DNA of 63,700 nucleotides, the filler included, from Octopus bimaculoides (Eukaryota), in NCBI RefSeq assembly GCF_001194135.2. It is 7 parts of 7 records of this genome, joined end to end, with 100 filler letters (N's around TTAATTAATTAA, not from the genome) between each part and the next. Parts side by side here need not be neighbours in the genome. Positions count along the whole stretch, not along the records: positions 1 to 21,510 come from NC_068985.1; positions 21,611 to 36,134 come from NC_068990.1; 5 more parts are not named here. One strand, written 5' to 3'. The notes under the pieces were generated by a model. The model saw only the letters and a program-made list of their open reading frames with translations, did no database searches and was not told the DNA's origin. Both the position numbers and the translations under genes were made by a program. The stretch's first letter is position 1; every line of letters starts with the position of its first letter. Below, piece after piece: positions 12,060 through 25,324 of the stretch.

Positions 12060-12940
12060 CGTTGAAAATACTTTATTACAACAACAACAATAATAATAAT
12101 AATAATAATGAAATAGACCTATGTACATTTCGATAGAACATCCAGAATGATTAATACATATCATAAAATATTATAAAATATTATAAAATATAGGATACTT
12201 CATCTCCTCAGGCTCCCATTATTATTGCTATCATCACTCATCACCATCATTATTATTAGCAATACACATCCAGAAAAACAGAAACCATTCAAATCTAATT
12301 TTCATAGTTGACCCATGAAAATATACAAAACAGGACGAAAAAGTAATAGATGGCACACAACTTTCCATCCCAAATGTGCAATGAACGAGCAAACGGTAAA
12401 TTTACTCAAATCTAAACCTAAAAATTTTATATTATAAATTTCAGTTACTGTTCAATTTAGAACGCTATAAGATCCGTTAGAGCAATAATCATCAAAATAA
12501 ATATAAAAATAAATAAATAAAGAAAGAAAGAAAAAAAGAAAGAAAGAAATCATACCGTAGAAAACAATTAAAAAAAAAATTTCTTAATTATAACATTCAA
12601 ACTAGAGTAAAACAAAAACACACTTAAAAAATAATAATAATAATGATAATGTTCTTAAATAAAATTCTCTCTCATAAACTCTAGCACATACCAATATAAC
12701 CAATTAAAAATAAAATTTAATCTTATATCAATTCAGCAAAAAATAGCAAAAAACTTCAAAAATATACCTCAGTACTAAATTTCAATACCCGTATTACATT
12801 TACGTTATCGCAAAATGTAAATAAAAAAAGGAAAACTGTCTTCAATGAAAAAAAACCTTCAATAAAATTCTAACCCACACATACGGTAACTCCACACTAC
12901 ATTTATCTATATTCTAACTATACCTACACACACTCATATN
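12060..12940 (-). other. Possible 3' UTR or transcript end of a minus-strand gene
   Basis: About 900 bp of SINE-free sequence, U-rich on the minus strand, with minus-strand AATAAA at 12072-12077 followed by a GU/U-rich stretch. Confidence 0.3.
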
Positions 12941-13056
12941 NNNNNNNNNNNNNNNNNNNNNNNNNNNNNNNNNNNNNNNNNNNNNNNNNNNNNNNNNNNN
13001 NNNNNNNNNNNNNNNNNNNNNNNNNNNNNNNTGTGTGTGTGTGTGTGTGTGCGTGT

Positions 13057-13581
13057 GGAGTCGCAATGGCCCAGCGGACTGTGGAAGTGCAATAGCTCCG
13101 TGGTTAGGGCAGCGGACTGTAGAGGCGCAATGGCCCCGTGGTTAGGGTAGCGGACACTAGAGGCGCAATGTCCCGTGGTTAGGGCAGTGGACTGTAGAGG
13201 CGCTATGACCCGTGGTTAGGGCAGCGGTCTTGCGGTCGTAGGATCGCAGTCTCGGTTCCCAGACCGGGCATAGTGAGTGTTTATTGAGCGAAACACCTAA
13301 AGCTCCAGCAGGCTCAGGCAGGGGATGGTGGCGAACCCTGTTGTACTTTTTCACCACAACTTTCTCTCACTCTTTCTTCCTGTTTCTGTTGTAACTGTAT
13401 TACTGTATTTCAAAGGGCCAGCTTTGTCACACTCTGTGTCACGGTAAATCTCCCTGAGAACTACATTAAGGGTACACGTATCTGTGGAGTGCACAGCCAC
13501 TTGCGTGTTAATTTCACGAGAAGGCTTTTCCGTTGATCGGATCAACTGGAACACTTCTCCGTCGAAACCGACGGAGTGCCA
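13057..13581 (+). mobile_element. tRNA-derived SINE family C with a tandemly repeated head
   Basis: The body matches the minus-strand copy at 26145-26510; the head is repeated five times (13057-13230). Confidence 0.9.
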
Positions 13582-14027
13582 TGATATATATATATATATA
13601 TATATACACATAAAGATACATACACACACACACACATACACACGCACACATATATATATCCTTCCAGTACATGACATGCGCTATCTATAAAAAGACCTGT
13701 AGAACATCTCAGAATATCACAAAGATGTGTATGCTTGTTGTCGATGTTGCTGCTAATGATGGTAGTGTTACGATTGTGGTAGAGAAGCAGGCAGTAACAA
13801 CGTTCTTGTAGATAATGAAGATAAGCGAAGACATATGTTGATGTTCATATTGAAACCCAGGTAAATTTCGATCAAGTTGACCTATGACTAATGGTTATCC
13901 GACCGCGATAATTCTTACTTCTCCAAAAATGTTTTCACTCCAATGGAGTTAGAAAATATAAAACACCCTCTCTGTAACTTCATATTACAAAATACATACG
14001 TATGAACATTTAGATTATACGAATATA

Positions 14028-14255
14028 TTGGGCTGTCCAGAAAGTTCGTGCCGATTTATAGTAGCTTACCTTTCGACTTGTTTGCCATGAAACCACCTCA
14101 ATTCTGGGAAGAGGGTATTTTCAAGTTAAAACAGAGATGGAGACGCATTGTGCAACAAAATGGTTCATATTTGGTTGATTAAAGATGTAATGGCAAGTAT
14201 TTATTAACCTTTTTCTTTCCTTTAAAAATCGGCACGAACTTTCCGGACAACCCAA
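14028..14255 (+). mobile_element. Internally deleted mariner (MITE), TA-flanked
   Basis: About 30-bp TIRs TTGGGCTGTCCAGAAAGTTCGTGCCGATTT / AAATCGGCACGAACTTTCCGGACAACCCAA. The interior encodes the transposase C-terminus KPPQFWEEGIFKLKQRWRRIVQQNGSYLVD*. Confidence 0.92.
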
Positions 14256-14471
14256 TACATACATACAAACACATACACACGCGCACACACATATATATCA
14301 TTTACTCTACACATTCTTTAAGATAATCGGCATTAATAGTTATTTTTTCCCCATACAGACACTGAAGTTGGGCAGGTTTATATAAGGTGCCTACCTCTGC
14401 CCATCTCAGTGTCTCTATGTCAAGATACTATTGGAAGCTTTTATTTCAAATATATGAGTGAATAATATATA

Positions 14472-14505
<34 letters not shown>

Positions 14506-15057
14506 NNNNNNNNNNNNNNNNNNNNNNNNNNNNNNNNNNNNNNNNNNNNNNNNNNNNNNNNNNNNNNNNNNNNNNNNNNNNNNNNNNNNNNNNNNNNNNN
14601 NNNNNNNNNNNNNNNNNNNNNNNNNNNNNNNNNNNNNNNNNNNNNNNNNNNNNNNNNNNNNNNNNNNNNNNNNNNNNNNNNNNNNNNNNNNNNNNNNNNN
14701 NNNNNNNNNNNNNNNNNNNNNNNNNNNNNNNNNNNNNNNNNNNNNNNNNNNNNNNNNNNNNNNNNNNNNNNNNNNNNNNNNNNNNNNNNNNNNNNNNNNN
14801 NNNNNNNNNNNNNNNNNNNNNNNNNNNNNNNNNNNNNNNNNNNNNNNNNNNNNNNNNNNNNNNNNNNNNNNNNNNNNNNNNNNNNNNNNNNNNNNNNNNN
14901 NNNNNNNNNNNNNNNNNNNNNNNNNNNNNNNNNNNNNNNNNNNNNNNNNNNNNNNNNNNNNNNNNNNNNNNNNNNNNNNNNNNNNNNNNNNNNNNNNNNN
15001 NNNNNNNNNNNNNNNNNNNNNNNNNNNNNNNNNNNNNNNNNNNNNNNNNNNNNNNNN

Positions 15058-15133
<76 letters not shown>

Positions 15134-15731
15134 CAAATCCCTCTCCATATCGCGGTTCAGCTATCGCGGTTTACTTATCACGGTTTATTATTTAAGGTTA
15201 CGTCGATTCCACTAGGATGTTGTTACTCTCTCTTTACTCTTTTACTCTTTCACTTGTCTCAGTTATTTGACTGCGGCCATGCTAGAGCACCGCCTTTAGT
15301 CGACCAAATCGACTTTGTAAGCCTAGTACTTATTCTATCGGTGAATTTTTCCGAACCGCTAAGTGACGTGGACATAAACACACCAGCATCGGTTGTCAAG
15401 CAATGCTAGGGGGACGAACACAGACACACAAACATACATATACACATATATATACATATATATGACGGGTTTCTTTCAGTTTCCGTCTACCAAATCTACT
15501 TACAAGGCTTTAGTCGGCCCGAGGCTATAGTAGAAGACACGTGTCCAAGGTACCACGCAATGGGACTGAGCCCAGAACCATGTGGTTGGTAAGCAAGCTA
15601 CTTACCACACATGCACAAATTATAAAAATAATTTTACAAATATACAGTACAATACTCGTTCCACTTGGCGGATTTTCACCTATCGCGGGGGTTTTCGGAA
15701 CGTAACACCCTCGATAGTTGAGGGATTACTG
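15134..15731. mobile_element. pogo/Tigger-like MITE interrupted by a family A SINE
   Basis: Ends CA-AATCCCTC / GAGGGATTACTG and repeated CTATCGCGG subterminal motifs on both sides of the SINE. Confidence 0.55.
15225..15612 (-). mobile_element. SINE family A, full length
   Basis: Both halves plus the internal microsatellite. Confidence 0.9.
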
Positions 15732-16049
15732 GATATTTAATTTAGCTATATGATTAAAAGGTGCACTTTTCTTTTAAATCTTTATTATACAGCTAAAATA
15801 ATTGCCCTAGTCATGTCTTACTAAATCGTGGGCCTTTTAATTTTTGCTTCAATCTCTACCTACCGGCTGAAGGGGAAGCCACTTCTAGCCGCTTTTGAAA
15901 GGCAGTCACAAAATCACATGTTCAGCTGCAGTTCAAACCGTGTGTGTATATATATATATAGAGAGAGAGAGAGTGAGGGAGAGTGAGGGAGGGGGAAAGG
16001 CAAAGAACATTTTTATCTATCTATCTAAATGTCTGTCTCGTTGTGTGTC

Positions 16050-16505
16050 CTTTTACTTCTTTCAGTCATTTCATTGCGACCATGCTGGAGCACCCCCTTC
16101 AGTCGAACACATCGACCCCAGGATTTATACTTTGTAATCCTTGTACTTATTCTGTCGGGCTCTTTTGCCGAACCGCTAGATTGTGTGGACGTAAATACAC
16201 TAACATTTGTTGTTAAGCGATGGTAGGAAGACAAACACAGACACACAAATACACAGACACACACATACACACAGACATACACACACGCATACACACACAC
16301 ACGCGCACACACATACACACACACACACTCACACTCACACACATATACGACGGGCTTCTTTCAGGGTCCGTTTACCAAATCCACTGACAAAGCGTTGGTC
16401 GGCCCAAGGCTATAGTAGAAGACATTTGCCCAAGGTGCCACGCAATGAGACTGAACCCGGAAGCATGTGGCAGGGAAGCAAGCTTCTTACCACACAGCCA
16501 CTCCT
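16050..16505 (-). mobile_element. SINE family A, full length; a further 3' half follows at 16515-16730
   Basis: Matches the other copies. Confidence 0.88.
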
Positions 16506-19164
16506 ATCTGTTATCTTTTACTTGTTTTAGCCGTAAGATTGCGGCCATGCTAGAGCACCAACTTTAAATGCTTAGTCGAACAAATCGACCCCGGGAATTA
16601 TTACTTGTTTTTAAAAGCTTGGCTCTCGATATGTCGTTCGATTTTGACGAACCGCTACTGTTAACACTACTTAAACAAAACAACACCGCTTTTCAAGCGG
16701 TGGTGGGGGAAAGGACAAACACAAAGACACACACACATGGATATGTATACACTCATACATGCATACTTACATGCATACATACGCACATGCATACATACGC
16801 ACATACATACATACATACATACATACATACATACATACATACTTGCATATATATATATATATANNNNNNNNNNNNNNNNNNNNNNNNNNNNNNNNNNNNN
16901 NNNNNNNNNNNNNNNNNNNNNNNNNNNNNNNNNNNNNNNNNNNNNNNNNNNNNNNNNNNNNNNNNNNNNNNNNNNNNNNNNNNNNNNNNNNNNNNNNNNN
17001 NNNNNNNNNNNNNNNNNNNNNNNNNNNNNNNNNNNNNNNNNNNNNNNNNNNNNNNNNNNNNNNNNNNNNNNNNNNNNNNNNNNNNNNNNNNNNNNNNNNN
17101 NNNNNNNNNNNNNNNNNNNNNNNNNNNNNNNNNNNNNNNNNNNNNNNNNNNNNNNNNNNNNNNNNNNNNNNNNNNNNNNNNNNNNNNNNNNNNNNNNNNN
17201 NNNNNNNNNNNNNNNNNNNNNNNNNNNNNNNNNNNNNNNNNNNNNNNNNNNNNNNNNNNNNNNNNNNNNNNNNNNNNNNNNNNNNNNNNNNNNNNNNNNN
17301 NNNNNNNNNNNNNNNNNNNNNNNNNNNNNNNNNNNNNNNNNNNNNNNNNNNNNNNNNNNNNNNNNNNNNNNNNNNNNNNNNNNNNNNNNNNNNNNNNNNN
17401 NNNNNNNNNNNNNNNNNNNNNNNGTTGCTACACTGTTATTACAGGGAGCCTATTACAATATGTGGCACTTGGTGAAGAATGGAGTTTGATTTAGCAACCC
17501 TCATTTGCACCTCCTGCCGCGAGGTAGGTTCATCTGGGACTCTCGATAGGAAGAGGTCCAGCTTTGATTAAAAAACCCCTACATCTACTTTGTGCAGGTT
17601 CCTCAGGCTCTTTGGGAGAATATTAAAAAGCTGTGGGCCCCTGAATCCCAAGCTGTTGCAGTAACTGGTCCTGAAGCGCGATGGCATTGCTGGGATCTTT
17701 GGCACTATGCAGTGTCGTCCCGTTCTGGCATTATATATATATATTCACACAAGCACACGCACACACAGAGGATGGATTTTCCATAGTTTCTGTCTACCAA
17801 ATCTTATAAAAATTTTCTGACGGGCCCAGGCTCGTGCTGTTAGATTGAATACTGAGCTTTATGTTGGGAAAGGACTGACCTGTCTGCGCTTATACATACT
17901 CGCATACATACANNNNNNNNNNAGTTTATCCAGTTCAGGCTATATTATTAGCATTATTCTGCGATTGAGAATCTAAAGTCACTTCTTTAACTTTCTAAAG
18001 ACATTTCAACGCTTCTAAAAGCAAACTTCGTTTGTTTATTTACGTTTGTCGTAATTTGAATTTAATATATATATATATATATATTTTTTTTTTTNNNNNN
18101 NNNNNNNNNNNNNNNNNNNNNNNNNNNNNNNNNNNNNNNNNNNNNNNNNNNNNNNNNNNNNNNNNNNNNNNNNNNNNNNNNNNNNNNNNNNNNNNNNNNN
18201 NNNNNNNNNNNNNNNNNNNNNNNNNNNNNNNNNNNNNNNNNNNNNNNNNNNNNNNNNNNNNNNNNNNNNNNNNNNNNNNNNNNNNNNNNNNNNNNNNNNN
18301 NNNNNNNNNNNNNNNNNNNNNNNNNNNNNNNNNNNNNNNNNNNNNNNNNNNNNNNNNNNNNNNNNNNNNNNNNNNNNNNNNNNNNNNNNNNNNNNNNNNN
18401 NNNNNNNNNNNNNNNNNNNNNNNNNNNNNNNNNNNNNNNNNNNNNNNNNNNNNNNNNNNNNNNNNNNNNNNNNNNNNNNNNNNNNNNNNNNNNNNNNNNN
18501 NNNNNNNNNNNNNNNNNNNNNNNNNNNNNNNNNNNNNNNNNNNNNNNNNNNNNNNNNNNNNNNNNNNNNNNNNNNNNNNNNNNNNNNNNNNNNNNNNNNN
18601 NNNNNNNNNNNNNNNNNNNNNNNNNNNNNNNNNNNNNNNNNNNNNNNNNNNNNNNNNNNNNNNNNNNNNNNNNNNNNNNNNNNNNNNNNNNNNNNNNNNN
18701 NNNNNNNNNNNNNNNNNNNNNNNNNNNNNNNNNNNNNNNNNNNNNNNNNNNNNNNNNNNNNNNNNNNNNNNNNNNNNNNNNNNNNNNNNNNNNNNNNNNN
18801 NNNNNNNNNNNNNNNNNNNNNNNNNNNNNNNNNNNNNNNNNNNNNNNNNNNNNNNNNNNNNNNNNNNNNNNNNNNNNNNNNNNNNNNNNNNNNNNNNNNN
18901 NNNNNNNNNNNNNNNNNNNNNNNNNNNNNNNNNNNNNNNNNNNNNNNNNNNNNNNNNNNNNNNNNNNNNNNNNNNNNNNNNNNNNNNNNNNNNNNNNNNN
19001 GGGGTTGGGGGTTCAACCCACTAAGGGATAGTATCTATCCAATATATGTACATATATATAAATACGTTTAGGTATACACAGACACATGAATACTGAAAGA
19101 AGTATGTTTATTTGTAGACACAGACAGATACACGTACAGATGCTGTTTAATATAATTCAATATG

Positions 19165-19535
19165 TCAAGGCGGTTCTGAGTTCAAATTTACGGCGTGGTC
19201 GACTTTGCTTTTCATTCTTTCGGGGTCAATAAATTAAGTACCAGTTACGCACTGGCGTCGATCTGATCGACTTAATCCTTTTGTCTGTCCTTGTTTGTCC
19301 CCTCTATGTTTAGCCCCTAGTGGGCAGTAAAGAAATAAGAATCGTTAGCCCACCGGGCGAAATGCTTAGCGGTATTTCGTCCGTCTTTACGTTCTGAGGT
19401 CAAATTCCGCTGAGGTCGACTTGCTTTCATCCTTTAGTCGTCGATAAATTAAGTACCAGTTGCGTACTTGGGTCGATCTAATCGAATGGTCTCCCCTCCA
19501 AAAATTTCGGGCCTTGTGCCTAGAGCAGAAAAGAA
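19165..19535 (+). mobile_element. Two tandem family B SINEs (tail type 1, then tail type 2)
   Basis: GAGTTCAAATT B-box and GTCGACTTTGC..TCATCCTTT..TAAGTACCAGTT body occur twice. Confidence 0.9.
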
Positions 19536-19828
19536 AATAATTTAATATGTTAGCCAAAGTTATGTTTCTTAGTGGTGGTCATGTATTTAGTGCAGCTGTT
19601 TAGGAGTGAAAGTTCCATAGTGTGGTGATGCATTTATATAAATAGATACAAAACAAACTATATGTAAATGGATTCTAAAATGTAATTTGGTTAATTAATT
19701 ATTTGTGAGAAGAATTCAGAATACCAAACATATGTAGAACCTCGTCTGGTGTCTGTGTATGCATGTACGTACGTATGTATGTTTATATGTATGTATATAT
19801 ATATATATATCTATTTTCCCTTTGTAGG

Positions 19829-19874
<46 letters not shown>

Positions 19875-19934
19875 CATGCATATATACATATGCATGCATA
19901 GACACAAACTCATATACTTATACATATATACATA

Positions 19935-20010
<76 letters not shown>

Positions 20011-20220
20011 TACTAGGCGAGAGAGAAAGAGAGAGAGAGTGAGAGAGAGAGAGAGGGGGTAAGAAGCAAAGAGCATTGGGTAAGATATGTATACCTATAT
20101 ATATAAATATATATTTCCTAAATGCGTATAAACAACCACATATAACTGATGTAAGTAGAATGGAACATAGGTAGATAGGCAGGTAGGGACTAACGAATAA
20201 AATATAAGAGAGATATATGA

Positions 20221-20287
<67 letters not shown>

Positions 20288-20310
20288 TATAGATAGATAG
20301 ATAGGTAGGT

Positions 20311-20369
<59 letters not shown>

Positions 20370-21472
20370 GATAGATAGATAGATTGAGAGATAGATCGAT
20401 AGATAGCTAGAGCGAGATATATATGTACATATAAATACGTTTATTTGCACACGTACATTTGTGTCTCTCTCTTTGTGTCTATGTGTGTTTATGCGTGGGC
20501 GTTTGTATATTTGCTTATATCTTCCGGAAAACGTAGCAAAGTGTGTGTGTAGTCGAACGCTTTTTTAGTAACAGAGTTATTCATAAACCGTGATTGATAA
20601 TTTTTTAAAACTTTTTTTCAGACGAAAGAAAAGATTATGTACCGAGAAAATTATTTTATTACGTAAGGCCAAGTTCGTGAACGTTTCAGATACAAACAAA
20701 ATGAAGAATAAGAGGCTATGATGCCCATGTATTTGATTAAATATACGGAATTAACTAGAACATTTTAAAATTCTTTTATGCGTGCATCGAAACAGAGTAC
20801 CGATTTTAGACTGTACTTCAGGTATTTCCCCTGTTTATGTGGTATTAGTTCAAAATACATTAGATAACTTGATAACTTGAATATGTTTCGGCCAAAGACT
20901 GGCCCAGGCCATGCATAACTTAATAGCACCACCTGGTAGCACCTGTTAACTTGCTTTTAAGTCAAGTTTTGTGGTGTCAGGGCCTATTCAAGTAGTGCGT
21001 TGTTGTCAACTGTGATGTGAATTATGAACGTAAGTAGTGTAAAAGTTTTGGGATGTGTATGACAGTCCATGGTGAAAGTCGCCTAGGTGAATTCCCAAAG
21101 TTATATACATTTTTAATAAGGTCTCTTGTAGAAAAAAAAAAAAAAACTCAGTTGAGATTGGTAATGAACCCACAAGGAAAAGTTTGCGCAATATTCCAGA
21201 GAAGATTAAAAAAAAAGATAGGAATTCATACTGATATATATAGGTATATATATGTGTATTCAGATAATTATATATCTATGTGTGTAGGCGTGTAAGTACG
21301 TAAAGATATTTATGCACGCATATATACACACATGTAGACATATATGTATGCATACATACATGCACACACACGTACACACAGATATAGATACATACATATA
21401 TATGCATTTATAAGTGTGCACGTGCTTGTGCATGCATGTGTGTATGAATGTATGTATGTGTGGATGTATGTA

Positions 21473-21510
<38 letters not shown>

Positions 21511-21800
21511 NNNNNNNNNNNNNNNNNNNNNNNNNNNNNNNNNNNNNNNNNNNNTTAATTAATTAANNNNNNNNNNNNNNNNNNNNNNNNNNNNNNNNNN
21601 NNNNNNNNNNGGCGGCAGTGGAAATGGTTGGTGGTGGTGGTGGTGATGGTGGTGGTGGTGGTGGTGATGGTGATGGTGGGGGTGGTGGTGGTGGTGGTGG
21701 TGATGGTGGTGACGATGATGATGATCCTCCTCTTCATCATCATCGGCATCATTACATTGGTGATGGCGATTTTGGCGATGGTAATGGTGGTGGCGCTGGC

Positions 21801-21833
<33 letters not shown>

Positions 21834-22199
21834 AAGGGTTATGGTGATGGTTACGACGATGACGACGACGACAACGATGACGATGATGATGATGACGATG
21901 ATAACGATGGCGATGTCAAGCGAAGATGGCGATGGTGATGATGATGGACTAACCTGTAAAGACAAAGGTCTAATGGATGGAGACTGCTGATGAAGATAAG
22001 TCCTGGATTAGTCCCATCAACCAAATGTATTATCCCAAATGGGTGATCTAAAAAGAATCCATTCTCAGCAGCAATTCATTATTGCTTCTGGCCTTGATTC
22101 CAGTTTGGGAGCATTTTAGAAACTCAATCACTTACAACTAGGTTCCCACGGTTAAAGCTTCGCATTGGCATCTATCTTTTTATCCTTTGAAGAGTTATT

Positions 22200-22578
22200 A
22201 GATTCTGGCCATGTTGGGGCACCGACTTGAAGAAATTTAGTCAGAAGAATAGACCCCAGTGCTTATTGTATTAAAGCCTATCAGTCGATTTTGCCGAACT
22301 GCTATTTACGGGGACGTAAGCACTAAGCACACCGACACTGGTTGTCAAGCGGTGATGGGGGAGACAAATACAGACACATGCACATACAGCCACACACACA
22401 CACACACACACACAAACATACATACATATACGACGGGCTTCTTTCACTTTCCGTTTACCAAATCCACTCACAAGGATTTGGTTGGCTCGAAGCCATATTA
22501 AAAGACATTTGCCACGCTGTGGGACTGAACCCGGAACCATGTGTCTGGAAAGCAAACTTCTTACCACACAGCCACGCG
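22200..22578 (-). mobile_element. SINE family A, full length
   Basis: Matches the other copies. Confidence 0.88.
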
Positions 22579-22678
22579 TGGGCATTGTAAAAATCCAACA
22601 TTGTAGCAACTCCACAGGGTCACTAGACATACAGTCGTAATGTCTGCCCTGTAACAGCTTCAAATAATCTGTAAGTGA

Positions 22679-24340
22679 ACGGGGTGGTATCAAAAGGCTC
22701 CCGGACTAGTTATGTTTAATAAAAAATAACTATTTATTCTTTTATTCTTTTTTCACTTGTTTCAGTCATTTGACTGCGGCCATGCTGGAACACCGCCTTT
22801 AGTCGAGCAAATCGACCCCCAGGACTTATTCTTTGGAAGCCTAGTACTTATTTTGTCGGTCCCTTTTGCCGAACTGCTAAGTTACGGGGACGTAAACACA
22901 CCACCATCGGTTGTCAAGCGATGTTGGNNNNNNNNNNNNNNNNNNNNNNNNNNNNNNNNNNNNNNNNNNNNNNNNATATATATATATATATATATACGAC
23001 AGACTTCTTTCAGTTTCCGTCTACTAAATCCACTCAAAAGGCTTTGGTCTGCCCGAGGCTATAGTAGAAGACACTTGCCCAAGGTGCCACGCAGTGGGAG
23101 TGAACCCTGAACCATGTGGTTGGTAAGCAAGCTACTTACCACACAGCCACTCCTACACCTATATTCACCTACGTTTTAACAACATCTCATTCGAAACAGT
23201 CACCTCGCGCAGCAATACATGGTCTCAGCGTTCCTGCCACTTTTGGAATCCGGCCTGGAAGTCGTTTACCGTAAGCGAGTCGAGATCTCGACAACAGCCT
23301 TAACACCTTTGGTGCAGACCTTTGAGCTGCATTTTCATCTTGGGGAATTAATGGAAGTCCGCAGGTCCTAAATCTGGCGAAAAAAGCGAGGGCGGAAGCG
23401 ATACCATGTTGGTTTTGGCGAGAAACTCACGAAAGAGGAGAGTTCCGTGACAGAGTGCATTGTCGTCATGAAGAATACAATCCTTCGTACCCCGCAGACC
23501 CGGTCGCTTTCGCTCAATGTTCTCCCTGAAAGGCTTGAAAACGTCGCAGTAGAACTCTCGATTGACGGTCTGGCCCTGGTGGACGAATTCTCATTACACC
23601 ATACCGTGAATGTCAAAAGAAACGGTGAGCATGCTCTTCATTGAGCTGCTGTTCTGTCGTGCCTTCTTCGGTCGTGGAGTTGAAGGGCTCTCCTATTGTG
23701 ACGACTGCTGCTTCGTCTCAGGGCCGTACCCGTGAACCCAACTCTCGTCACCGATAATGATCCTCGACATGAAGAATAGGTCACCAGCGGCACGCTGACG
23801 GAGGTCTTGACAGACTTCGATGGCCGGTGACAAACTTGGCAGAGACACGCCACATCTTCAATTCAGACATTAGGATTGCCTGCACGAACCCATTACAACA
23901 AACCAACAACATTAGCAATGTCGTTGATTGTCCTCCAGCGGTCTCTATGCACAAGCTGATGAATTTTCCCCACATTTCCGAGGGTGATGCTCGTGGCAGG
24001 TTTTCAGGATCACTCATCGTCTTCCGAGGATGTTCTTCGCCGTTTGAAGCGCTCGTGTCACTCGAAAACATTGCGTACGACACATTGCCTCGTCGCCGTA
24101 AGCTGACCGAAGCATGTTCAATATCTCTGTAGCAGACGTCCTCAGTCAGGTTTAACGCAAAATTTCACGTTGGCTCTTTTTTCCAACTTCCTGCTCATGA
24201 CAAAATCGCAGGCTACAGATTCAACATAATCACAAAAGCACAAATTAAAAAACTTGAAGGTCACTGTTAGCACTCACTGTGCACGCAAATGTGTGCTGCA
24301 ATCTGTCAACGCGCTACAGATCGTTTTGATACTACCTGTA
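22679..24340 (-). mobile_element. Decayed full-length mariner transposon; transposase pseudogene at about 23215-24200
   Basis: Minus-strand translation gives WRVSAKFV, IIGDESWVHGYGPETKQQS, ILHDDNA and SPDLGPADF (DDD triad) with stops and frameshifts. Ends ACGGGGTGGTATCAAAAGG and reverse-complemented ACAGGTAGTATCAAAACG are related TIRs. About 1.25 kb once the nested SINE is removed. Confidence 0.92.
22745..23153 (-). mobile_element. SINE family A nested in the mariner 3' end
   Basis: The mariner sequence AACTATTTATT|CACCTACG is split by the SINE. Confidence 0.9.
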
Positions 24341-24551
24341 TACACACACACACACACACGAAGTAAGCACGTATATGTGAAACAAAGTACTCGAATACAG
24401 AAGATAGAGTAATACGCTTAATTATTACTAAAATGCAACATCACAAAAATATCACAAAAAACTGCTACTCAGAGTTTCGCGTTCCTATTCGTCGGACAGT
24501 TAAGATCTATATATAGTTTAGATCTATCTATACACACACACAGACACACAA

Positions 24552-24629
<78 letters not shown>

Positions 24630-24631
<2 letters not shown>

Positions 24632-24765
24632 TGCACCTTCAGTTTCCGTCCACTCATAAGCCTTTAATTGATTCTTGGCTACAGTAGAAGACACTCGCCC
24701 AAAGTGCCACGAAAGGAACTGAACCCGGAAGCATGTTGTTGCGAAGCAAACTTCTTACACCACAG
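24630..24765 (-). mobile_element. SINE family A, 5' half
   Basis: CTTCAGTTTCCGTC..CAGTAGAAGACACTCGCCCAAAGTGCC..GAACCCGGAAGCATG. Confidence 0.8.
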
Positions 24766-24899
24766 TCATATACATGCATGCATGCATACATACATACATA
24801 CATACATACATACATACATACATACATACATGTATACATACATACATACATACATGTATACATACATACAAATAAACACAGATGCACACACACACATAC

Positions 24900-24996
24900 G
24901 TAGCTGCTTCTGTTTCCGTGATCTCAAGTGACACCAAAGATTTCTTCTTTGGATTAGCGTGTGCTACAGTCTTTGTAACCAGGTCTCTCACTCCTT
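24900..24996 (-). CDS. Weak candidate internal exon (97 nt)
   Basis: Acceptor TCTTGTTAG and donor AC|GTATGT; one open frame, EGVRDLVTKTVAHANPKKKSLVSLEITETEAAT. Confidence 0.25.
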
Positions 24997-25324
24997 CTAA
25001 CAAGATCTTTCTTTAATTTCAGTTACGCTTCACAAGGTAAAATCCAAATGCTTTCCCTTCTGATTATTTGTTCAAATAAAAGGATTAGAAATGAAAGGTA
25101 CTAGTTCTTTAAACCGAATAAAGTCTTGTTTTCAGCGAAAGATTAAATAGAAAGTACTATTTATGTTACAAGCAAAAAAACTTGTTCTAAAATCTTTTTA
25201 AGAGATAAGCGCAGTAGTTGTACTAGCAAGTAAAATGTTCGTAGCCACCTCTTCAAGGGGTTTTTTAACTAGCTTTTTTGGTTGCTGCAAAATCAGCGAC
25301 TGTGTCACTTGAATTTATATATAT

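Noticed and set aside
13057-13230. Regularly spaced 38-bp repeats resembling a CRISPR array
   Set aside because: No unique spacers; the units are SINE heads; no cas genes; eukaryotic context.
21611-21945. Gly/Asp- or Val/Met-rich ORFs
   Set aside because: Compound (GGT/GAT/GAC)n trinucleotide repeat with no splice or homology support.
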